Positions 22,748 to 33,317 of a stretch of DNA of 64,000 bases are shown piece by piece; position 1 is the first letter of the stretch, and the number at the start of each line of letters is the position of its first letter. Made by a program: the position numbers and the translations under genes. This DNA is from Lytechinus pictus (lineage: Eukaryota): contig NC_087262.1 of assembly GCF_037042905.1 (NCBI RefSeq), positions 16,740,001 to 16,804,000 of the forward strand. Direction: 5' to 3'. The notes under the pieces were generated by a model. The model was given only the letters and a program-made list of their open reading frames with translations. It searched no databases and had not been told where the DNA came from.

Positions 22748-25126
22748 CATGGGTGTCGATCACGGGGGGGGGGGGATGGGGGGGATATATCCCCCCCAAT
22801 ATTTCAAGTGGGGGGGATGGCCTGTATTATCATACCCCCCAATAATTTAGGATAGAAAATTTATAATAATGATGACAAATTTGATCATGATGATTATAGT
22901 GATGATTATAGTATGCCATCAATCAGTTTGTTTCCCTCGCATTTTGTGTATATTGTTATTAAATAAAAACATTCTTTTCCAGGACTTTTAAACAGATGGA
23001 TGGAGGTTCAAGATGAAAAAGAATGAAATGTTTATGTATATGATATTTTTTAACACATGACATAAAAGGACCCCGACGAAAAACAACTTTTGTTGATAAG
23101 GTGTTCCATCCCACCAGTGGTAATATGATCATATTTTTACAATTTTTTAATAAGTGAAATCAATTAATGGTTTCAGAAAGAATAATCATATTTTCTCTCT
23201 AAAGCGTATCTTCGGATATGAACATCGGATGTTTTTTTGTTCATGTTATTCTTGTTATTGTTATGGACTTGAATAACTAAACTTTATTGACTTTTTCTTA
23301 TTTTGGCAAAAAGAAATCTCTTTTGAGTTTGGAAAGGGATGACAGTTTTGCATTCTATATGAGCACACTCATGCATGCGGTACGTAAATTTCATTTTAAC
23401 ACATAAAATTTATATTAGCTGATATTACACACTGATGGTTCAAGAAAATGTTGGAGAAATATCATAACATGACAGTTGAGTTTTGATTGTTTTTATGTTT
23501 GTTTTTGTTTCATGCACTTTTTAAGCATTTAAAACATGTTAAAATCCAGGGTTAAAATCGTCTAAGGAATGACGGTAAGCCCGATGGCGCACGAGTAATT
23601 TGTGCTAGTCTTAATTTGTCCGAATCTGCATTTTATCATCATGCATCAAGAAGACAAAAGATATTGCCAGTCGGGTTAGATTTAAGAGAGAAGTTGTATA
23701 CATCATGCTCAATAAACAGATCACTTTGTACATGGTCCACACAATTTTTGTCATTTTTTCTTTCGTATGAGTTTAGAAGAGGCTTACTTGTAACACAAAT
23801 TGAATTTTCAAAAAAATGATATAAGTACAGTACACTGCAACAATGAAGGAATTTCCAAGAACACAGTGGCGTAACTACGGGGGGGGGGCACGTGCCCCCC
23901 ACCCCCCAATCGGCTGGCCAAAAAAAAAATGGGGAAGAGGAGAAAAAGAGGGAGAAAGGAAGAGAAACGTAGTGGGAATGAAGAAATTATTGTTCATTAT
24001 AATGTTATATTATAATAATGTTATGTTATTATACAACAGAAACATTTTTTCATAACTTTATTTTGCTCAGGCCTAGATGTCTTCATTGTTCCCGGTACTC
24101 GCATTGTCTGTTTGACGTTTTTAAGTCAATAAACACCAAATATATTTCCTCGCACTTCGACTTATTATTGTTTTATGTAGTGACATATGGTTCTTTTTCA
24201 TGACTTCTTAAAGTGATTGCCCCATTTTAAGGTGTTAATATAAAACATTTCCTGTCCGTGCTTACGTTCGCACTAGTAGTAGATTGGTGAGATATGTCTG
24301 CTCTTCATGAATTCCTAAAAATCAGTCCCTTTTTCTGATCTGAATATCAAAAATTTCCAGCTCGCGCTTCGCGCTCGCATCATTTGTTTAGTGAAATACG
24401 TATCGTATATTTTTTTATGGTCTTAGTGAATTCTTCCAAACAGGCCTTAGAATGCCTCTCTTCAGGTCTGAATATCCTAAATTTTCAGCTCGCGCTTCGC
24501 GCTCGCAATATTTGATGAGTGAGATGTGTATTATCATGATTACAATGACTACATAAAGTGCTTCATGTGTTTAGATGTAGCAAAATCAGCAAGCGCTTTG
24601 CACTCGCATTAGATGATATGGTGAGATATGTATACTCTTAATGGATTCCTAAAATATAGTCCTTAACATGTCCTTGTTTGGGGTCAATATTTACAAAAAT
24701 TTCAGCTCGCGCTTCGCGCTCGCATTGTTTGTTTAGCGAGACAGGTATGTATCATGATTACAAAAAATTGCATATAATGTCTTTTTTGGTCTTCATATCA
24801 AAAAATTTCAGCTTGCGCTTCGCGCTCGCATTATTTGAGCAGTGAGATACATATCCGTTTAATGCCACTGTCCTTAAAATGTCCCTATTAGGTCAGTATA
24901 CCTGGCAACTGAGCGCTTCGCGCGCTCACTAAGTGACTCAAAAATTTTGCTGGTGCCCCCCAATGTCGTGACTCACGGTACGCCACTGCAAGAACACCAT
25001 GCATATCAACCACTCCCAAATGTCCTAACTTGTGATTTTAGTTGGGGTAATGTTGAAAGATCCCCATCCACAAGAACATTTGTGTCAATCATCCCCCCCA
25101 ACCAAGAATACCGATCGACACCCATG
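22748..25126. mobile_element. Non-autonomous hAT-like element
   Basis: TIR CATGGGTGTCGATC/GATCGACACCCATG; 8-bp TSD gccactga; empty sites gcagccactgaggtgg at ~39257, ~48919, ~63540. Confidence 0.92.
23864..24988 (+). mobile_element. Nested 1125-bp hAT-like element
   Basis: TIR CAGTGGCGTA/TACGCCACTG; 8-bp TSD caagaaca. Confidence 0.92.
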
Positions 25127-26376
25127 GCCACTGAGGTGGCCCATGTTTGAAAAAATAAGGTCTAATACCTATTTTTGATACAAAATTTTAAAAATGGCCC
25201 TGCTTCCCTAACAATGTAATCTGTATTAAGGTTTATCTATTAGTTTCTTCTTCATGTTCGCCTAGCTCTTTCCTATTTTTTCCCTTCCCTTTTTAAGGAG
25301 GGATCATCATCGAAAAATAACGGAGAAGGAATTCAAAATTCCTCATACTTCCAAATAGAGTAAATCAACAGCTGCAGATATCATTTTGTATACAGGCATG
25401 TTTATTATGAGCCTTTTGAATAAGTTGTTTTGCGAATTATTTTCAAACCGTTTTGATAAGATATTGGAAGTATACATTAAAGAACGCATCTTAAGTAAAA
25501 ACTAATTGTCTGATATTATAGGAAGTTACATCATGACCCGGACTGGGATCGATAATCAGTATGGATCATGGAAATTACGTTTAAAAAAACATTTATAATA
25601 CGGTGTTTACTATATGAACTTCACATAATTAAGTTGTTTAAAACAGCTTAAACATATTAAACAAGTTAGCGTTTTAAATCTTAAACAAGAGGGGGGAAAT
25701 CAGAGATATGAGAAATTAAACATGTTAAAGGAAAAGGTATGGTACTTTGTGTACAAACAAATAGAGAGTTAATCAGCAACTTCGAAGCAAGTTTGCCGAT
25801 TTGAGGATCCCCTTACAGTAAAACTGATACTTTAATTTTTACACAATGATGTTGACTGTATACATTACACTAGTTTAACATTTTAAACAATCATGCTAAA
25901 TTTATTGATAAATCAATATAGAAAAAATAAACGCTTATGTTGATTAAGATTTTACACACTTGTTTGAACAATAAGATTCATGGTGTAAACAGCGTTGTAC
26001 AGTGTTTTTACTGTGTAGAGATAATACAGTACGTGTATCTCTCAACATTGCTCAATGATCCAAAAATGGATTAGAATTGAACGCCCTCTATCGATAAGAT
26101 GACAAATACTTCCATCGAGTTCAAAGGTAGCTGGGGAAAACCAGTTCTATTTATAATTATACTATTATGCTATTGTAATATATCGCAGCTTCCTCATTCT
26201 TTATTAATGTGCACAAAGTCATATTATAATAGGAGTTTCGCGCACACAGTCATTTCACGACTGTGACGTGCACATAATTATGTCAATATTTACAGCGGTG
26301 TTACTCGTAGCTATCTCTCACAACTAAGTAGTACTCCGTTTCGTTGAAATAGTTTGACTGTAGAGTTTATGTAGCA

Positions 26377-27006
26377 ATGGCTGAAAAGATTGAAATAGAG
26401 AAAGCCTCCAGTTCTTCACAGAACCTGGTATGTCCGCTATGCCTTGATATTTTTGATGCACCAACGATCCTGACGTGCGGACACACTTTCTGTCGTAAGT
26501 GTCTCAAGAAATATGATCTGACCCACCAGGACATTGACCACATGGTCTGTCCTCTCTGCAGGGAGATCACCAAGTTGTCTTCCAACCGAGTCGACGATCT
26601 CCGCCTCAATGTCTCCATTAACGGATTCGTAGACGATTACCACGCCAAGTGTGGAGGGATGAATGCTGTCCTTGAGATGCGTACAAAATGTACTGGTTGC
26701 AAGTTTCAGCAAGACGCTGTCTCCTTCTGCAGAACATGTAATAACTACATATGTGACAAATGTTTACAATGCCATCACTACATGGAACTTTTTGAAGATC
26801 ACGAGATTGTCTCCATGGAGGATGTCATCGAAGGGAAGGTCAGCATTGGTCATCAATTTGAGAAATGCTCCATCCACAAACAAGAGAACAAAGATATGTT
26901 TTGTGATGATTGTAAGGTCCGTGTCTGTCTCAGGTGCGTGGTCGTTGGTCATAAAGTCCATAACATCAAGAACCAGTCTGACTTCGAGCATGAGTTGAGG
27001 CGAAAG
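26377..27006 (+). CDS. TRIM copy 2, coding exon 1 (RING, B-box1, B-box2)
   Basis: Paralogue of 3430-4059; donor AAG|GTAATG. Confidence 0.93.
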
Positions 27007-28165
27007 GTAATGGTCATTCCAAAAAATTGATATTAAGTAGAAAAAATATTTAAAAGAAGAAGCTGATGTAGATTGTGCCGCTGAAGGAGAAGGAGAAGAT
27101 GATGATACTAGCTATTATTTTACTAACACCCCTGACCTCCCCCCCCCTCATCTAGGGGACGCATAACCAGTTAGGGTATGATACTTATAGGCCTCTGATT
27201 TTCTTTTCAGTAAATGAGTACAAAAAACTAAATGACAATATTATTGTGATATGTTACATGTCCCCCCCCCCCTTCGGATTAGACCCCTCTGTCAAAACTA
27301 TTCCACGGCCCCGTGATATAACTACCGTGCGAGTAAAAAAAAAGAAGAAAAAATGACACATCACAAATCCCATGATTTAAGGGGAAAATATGCCTTTAAC
27401 AAAATCATATATGGCCTGAAAATAATATGATACCATATCTATGTGGTATATATATGTGTTAACGCTTGGATGATCAGTAGGTATTCTTTGCAGTGATGTA
27501 AATTTTGATTTGCGCCAAAGTAAAGACATGGCTGCAATAAATAAGCCAGATGTCAATGATGGCAGAATCTTACAAGAGTTACATCAAAATCCGTTTCAGA
27601 ATACGTTTTCAATAATTTTAATTATAATTGTATAATAACGATTTTATACTATCAATTATCAGGTTTATTTCATTGAAAATGGATTGTTTACTAACTCATG
27701 TGGCATCATAACATCATTGGCGTATGGATTCATTCATTGCAGTCATGCCTATTTTTGGTGCAAATCAAAATTTACATCACTGCAAAGAATACCTACTGAT
27801 TATCTAAGCGTAAAGACATTATGAGGAAGATCATGCGTTCAAGACGGGATCAGGACAACTACCCACCGGACAACTACCCCCGGACAACTACCCAGGACAA
27901 TTACCCCTCCCCCTCCCGAGGACAATTACCCCCCGGACAAATACCCCCCGGACAATTACCCCCAGAGGACAATTACCCCCCGGACAATTACCCCTGAACA
28001 ATAACCCCCGAAGACAATAACCCCCGAGGACAATTACCCCTAAACGAAAGGAGTGCACAGAGTCATACGTCGCCTGTACGTTTGGCGTAAGAAGTACTCA
28101 AGGCAATCTCGAGTATCTTGGAATCAAACGAACGCCGTAAGAAAGCTGTAAAAGTGAGCTCCATC

Positions 28166-29786
28166 CATAGGCGGATCCGGGGGGCCCGCTTCCCCCCCCC
28201 CCCCCCTATTGATGGAGCAAAAAAATGAAGAAAAAAAAAGAAAAAGAAGGGGAAAGAAAGGAAGGAAGAAAAAGAAGAGGTAAAATAAGAGGGAGACGAG
28301 TGAAAAAAAAGGTCAGGGAAAGACTTGGAAAATGATTTATGACAGTTTGCCAAAACTTTCGTCTCACGATTTGCGCTCGCATTTTTGTTAAAAATATATC
28401 AACTCACAAATCCTATTCATGATTACAAAAATGCTTAAAATATCCAGTTTTCAGGCCTCAGTGTCAACACATTTCACTCACTCCTTAGGCTTATTACATT
28501 AATAAATATGATAATAACATTTTCATGAATTCTTAATGACTAACTTGTCCCTTTTCATATGTTTCATATCGCGCTTATAGGAAGAGGAATAAGAAAGTTG
28601 ACATCATTTTCATATGATGACAAAATGTCCTTAGACCTAGAATGTCCAGGTCTTAGGTCAAAATAATAATGAAGATATCAGCTCGCGCTTCACACTCGCA
28701 TCATTTATTAAATGCTTTCCACATCCACTTCACAATTTCTTTACACAATGCTTTAGATAGTGCATAAATTCAAAATTTTCATACAGGAATATCAAGTATT
28801 TTGCATTATTGATTTTCGTGATAAAAATATCAGAATACCCAGATTCTATCTAACTCTAAAACACGCACACAACATTCAGAAACGCATGCAGCTTCATCTT
28901 TATTCAAACGTGCTAATATCGTCTAGTTTCAGATTAGATCGCGCTTTGCGCTCGCATAATTAATGTAGGAAGAACCCCAATTACCCATCCTTTTTCATGA
29001 TTTACAAAACATGATTAGAGTGTCCATTTTTAGGTTTGAAATCTAAATTTTTCTCCGCTTGCGCTTCGCGCTCGCATCAATTGTTTGGTTTTGTACCTAT
29101 ACTGTTAATGATTACAAAAAGTGCTAAGAATGTCATTTTTTTTAGGTCAGAATGTCAAAAAAAATTCAGCTCGCGCTTCTCCCTTTTCGATCAAGCCAGA
29201 AACCATATTAAAAATTTCTGTTCGCGCTTCGCGCTCGCAGTAATTATCTAGTTGCATACGCATCTTGTTCAGGTTCACAAACCTTGCCCAGAATAGTCAA
29301 TTTTCAGGTAAAAATATATACATGCAATTCCAAAAATTTTCAGCTTGCGCTTCGCGCTCGCACTATTTAAATAGGGTTTATAAGATAATTACACTTTTTA
29401 TGTTGTTTTATAAGAATAAAGCGTAGAAATGAATGTTAGGACATCGGTGTCCCCCCCCTTATTTTTCACGACCAAGAAAAAAAAAAAGAAAAAAAACGGT
29501 GAAAAATAGGCCTATTATTTTCGAAAAATGTTATGTCAAAATCTATCAAAACTTTGATTTTTTTGTAATAAAATTGTTAAAATCTTTACTCGCTTCGCTC
29601 GCTCGCAATTTATTAATTTTTACGTGATATGCTGTATTGAGCCCCCTCAAAAATTTTGGCTCATTACTCCACTGGGACAACCCCTTCAAAGAAACAAATT
29701 AAAATCAACTTTGAGCGGCCGATCTGGGTAAATATGGGTGAAAAATATTTCGGGCCCCCTATTGGCAAGAGCTGGATCCGCCCCTG
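28166..29786. mobile_element. Nested non-autonomous DNA transposon with 5-bp TSD
   Basis: Ends cataggcggatcc / ggatccgcccctg; ccatc on both sides; internal periodic gctcgcgcttcgcgctcgc motifs. Confidence 0.75.
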
Positions 29787-29872
29787 CCATCTGCAAATCT
29801 GTACGAAACCCAGAATTCGATCATAATTTGTATGCCACCGTAGCATAAGATCATTCGTTTTGGCAATCTTCG

Positions 29873-30290
29873 CAGTGGCGTAGTATACGGGGGGCCAGGG
29901 GGGCACGTGCCCCTCCCTGAGATTTGGTTTGCCCCCCCCCCCCCCTGAAAAAATTGACGGAGCAAAAAAAGGGGGAGAAAGAAAGAAAAAAAAAGAAGGG
30001 GAAAATAGAAGAAAAAAGAAGAGGAAAATGAAAGGAGGAAGAGGAGTGAATAATATAAGAGCTTAATGGAGCTTAAAATATCAAGTTTTGTAGTCAATAT
30101 ACAAAACATATTTCATCTCGAATATCGAGCTTTCATTATTTTTAGATTTACAAATTGATTTTTTCAAGTGCTCTGTAAAATGACCGTTTTATGGTCTAAA
30201 TATTAATATTTTCAGCTCACGCTGCTCGGTCGCAATATTTGATTTGCATAGGCCTACTTCTTTATAAATTCTTACAAACCGTCCTTAAAA
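29873..30290 (+). mobile_element. Left end fragment of a CAGTGGCGTA-family element
   Basis: cagtggcgtagtatacggggggcc..gcacgtgccc matches the left end at 23864; no right TIR seen, so the right boundary is approximate. Confidence 0.55.
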
Positions 30291-30446
30291 TGCACATTAA
30301 ACAAATTGTATACTATCATGATTGCCAATTTGTATAGAAAACACACTGTATTTGATTATGTCATTTTGTTTACAATTTAGTCATTTTGGTACTTAATTTC
30401 CTTCTTTAATGATTAATTGCTTTCACCCAAGAATAATACACACATA

Positions 30447-30499
30447 AACACCTTGTAATTTTACCATTTAGGGCCTAAATGGTAAAATTACAAGGTGTT
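30447..30499. repeat. Perfect palindrome with 26-bp arms and a 1-nt spacer
   Basis: aacaccttgtaattttaccatttagg-g-cctaaatggtaaaattacaaggtgtt; imperfect extension over 30433-30513. Confidence 0.95.
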
Positions 30500-30661
30500 C
30501 TTGTGTGTATTATCTTTGCATAAAGTTTTTTTTTAGCTTACTGTATTAAGTTATAAAGCCACATCTTAATCTTTAATGTGCACCAATTGTTTCATAATTC
30601 TTAGCTTCTTGTTGAATTGTTTTAAAATAACAGGTCCTACTTGACAGTGTTAGTGTTGATA

Positions 30662-30900
30662 CACAGCAACAACTGTGGTGTTAACCGGTGTACATAGATG
30701 ACCACACCAGTTATTTTACACCGGTGTTAAATTGGTGGTGTTAGTTTTACACCTATAGGTGTTATTACAACACCTTTTGTTGTTACATTTACACTCTTTG
30801 GTGTTATGTTTAATCTCTAGGGTGTAATTTGAACACCTCAGGGTGTGGTCCTCTATTAACATCAATTGGTGTCAGTTTTAACACCACAGTTTTTACAGTG
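30662..30900 (-). mobile_element. Inverted copy of the 239-bp MITE at 2188-2426
   Basis: Same TIRs, same length, TA flanks. Confidence 0.85.
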
Positions 30901-32048
30901 TAGTTGCGTTATCGACTTTCAATTTTTTACATCTTTATGAAGGTGTCTTTTTTACGTTTTATCTATTTGCCTGATTTCTTTCCTGAAATTAAACCCAAAA
31001 TAAATATTTAAAAAATCAGATCAGTTGGAATCAGAGATATTCAGCATTTGTGATTATTATGACTAATCGTGTTCAATTGTTCTATGAAAACTTAGTATGA
31101 GGGTCAGTTTACACATTTTCTGATGAATATATGTATAGCCAAACGGGGGGTTTCGGCTGCAAGCCCCCCCCCCCCATTTTTCATGATGCAGAAGGCGCCG
31201 CTAAACCAAAAAAAAAAAGAAAAAAAGAAGAAAGTGAGAGAACAGGAAAAAGAGTAATATAAAAGAAAAGAGAAAGAAAAAGTTATCAACGTAAGATAAA
31301 GTAGAAAGTATTTCGAAAACCTGTGCAACCGACCAAAACTTACAATGGGTCCCGCTTAATTCTAACATTGATGCTGGAGAGAAGGGGTATTTTCTGGGGG
31401 TAATTGTCCAGGGGGTAAATGTCCTCGGGGTTATTGTCCGGGGGGTAATTGTCCTCGGGGGTTATTGTCCAGGGGGTAATTGTCCGGGGGGTAATTCTCC
31501 GGGGGGGTAATTGTCCTCGGGGGGTAATTGTCCGGGGGGTAGTTGTCCGGGGGTAATTGTCCTCGGGGAGTAATTGTCCGGGGGTAGTTGTCCGGGGGGT
31601 AATTGTCCTAGAACCGTTCAAGACATATGTCCCCCTTAAATTGGGGACTTACAAGATTTTTTTTTACTCAGACGGTATACTGCGAATGATGATAATAATG
31701 CTAACGATATCAACATGATCAATGAGAAGAATGATAACTAGGAATAATAATATTATTAAGAATAATAGTAATACTGATACTATTATCAATTTTAATAAAA
31801 TCTATATCAATTTTCTAATGATAATAATGGCGATGATAATCATAATCAAAACCATCATTAATAAAGATAATATAACAATAATAATAAGACTACTCAGACA
31901 TCCAGAATAGAGATCGAAAATATTGATGTGACAACTTCCTGGGTGTATTATGTTATTACGGGTACATTCATTGGAAATTCTTCTAAACATTGTTTACGTG
32001 AATGATTATTTTACAGTTACTACTTTTTTACTTTCTCGATCTTTACAG

Positions 32049-33317
32049 GTGACAGAACTTGACCAGCAATGTGCAGCTAAGAAAGCAGAACTGGAGAAGA
32101 ACATTCAGAATATAGAAGAACAACGTCATGAGGTACACACTGCCATGCAGAAACTACTTGATGATGTCAAGCAGGCTTACAACATCAAGGTCACGGAGCT
32201 GGAAGGAAATCTTCAAGATCTCATCGAGCAAATAAATGAACTGAAGCGAAGATTCGAGGATGATCTCAACATCCTAAAATCCAAGGATCGACAGAGGATC
32301 AAGAGCATTTGTAGTTCGATTACATTGGTAGATAATGACAGACTGGGTCATCTTGAGACAGATAGTCTGTCTGCTCATAATTTGCTCTGTGGTGAGCTAG
32401 GTACCATGCTGAAAGAGGTTACCGATCGCACTACTGCGGAAGTTATTACAAAGAAAGCACAGGAGAAGAGTTTTAATCCTGGAGATAAATCTTGTCTTGA
32501 CCTCGGGAGCATCTCTGGATCAGATCCCAAGTTAAAAACCATGAAGTGTATAGATCTACGTGGGTGGATGGTTGGAATGACAGCTTACAGTCATACCAGT
32601 GTGGCCATCGTATATGGGAGTCATAATGCACGAGGTATTGATATCATTGATACAGCTGGTGGAACGGAGCGGTATACAAACATACCACATGACGTGGGTT
32701 ATGAAGATATTGGGATTCAACGAGACGGTGCATCATGTGTCTCAACTGTACGTGATACAGAAGCTCACGTGTATTCTCCCGATGGCTCCAGGAAAGCAAC
32801 AATCAACGTGAGTGGGACTGGTTATTATCTCACACTGAACAGAAGTCCATCAAATGAGATCCTCATTGCTAACGCTGCCAACAAAGTCTACATCTATGAC
32901 CCGACTGGATCTACTCTCAAACACACTGTTCCAACAAAGCACAGGACATGGCAGGTATCATCCACCAGGTTGGGTTTGATCGTCACCAGTTCATGTTATT
33001 TCACCAATCCAGGCGTGGTGACAGTCTATGACAGGGATGGGAATGCTGGTGAGTCTCTACAAGCTCCACAGGATGTCTACCTGTATGCTGCCGTGGATGA
33101 GCAGGACAGGGTGTATATAGCGAGTGTTGATAAGAAGAATAGGAAGGTGGTGATCAGGCTCTATGATCTTGATGGTCTGAACCTGAAGGAAAGGATTGAG
33201 TTTAATGCACTTGATATGACATTGGGCTGGGATTGGTGTTACTTGGTTTCCCTCTCTCCGGACCTACTCGCCTTTGCTTCTGGCAAGAAGTTATATTTCA
33301 TTAAGGTATTGCTGTAA
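32049..33317 (+). CDS. TRIM copy 2, coding exon 2 (coiled coil plus NHL-like propeller; product 632 aa)
   Basis: tttacAG|GTG acceptor; paralogue of 7505-8770; the ORF-track start at 31950 is intronic. Confidence 0.9.
   Translation: MTELDQQCAAKKAELEKNIQNIEEQRHEVHTAMQKLLDDVKQAYNIKVTELEGNLQDLIEQINELKRRFEDDLNILKSKDRQRIKSICSSITLVDNDRLGHLETDSLSAHNLLCGELGTMLKEVTDRTTAEVITKKAQEKSFNPGDKSCLDLGSISGSDPKLKTMKCIDLRGWMVGMTAYSHTSVAIVYGSHNARGIDIIDTAGGTERYTNIPHDVGYEDIGIQRDGASCVSTVRDTEAHVYSPDGSRKATINVSGTGYYLTLNRSPSNEILIANAANKVYIYDPTGSTLKHTVPTKHRTWQVSSTRLGLIVTSSCYFTNPGVVTVYDRDGNAGESLQAPQDVYLYAAVDEQDRVYIASVDKKNRKVVIRLYDLDGLNLKERIEFNALDMTLGWDWCYLVSLSPDLLAFASGKKLYFIKVLL

Larger units (their letters stand above)
27845..31616. 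mobile_element. 3.8-kb foldback-type element in the intron of copy 2; TIRs are arrays of a 14-17-bp unit (ggacaattacccc)
   Basis: Left array 27845-28040, inverted right array ~31396-31616; flanking duplication ttcaaga (7 bp; 9 bp if cg is counted); single cgttcaaga at the homologous site in copy 1 (4927-4935). Confidence 0.88.

Noticed and set aside
27845-28040. CRISPR or telomeric repeats; 93-aa TPRT-repeat ORF at 31340-31621
   Set aside because: These are the inverted terminal arrays of a foldback transposon
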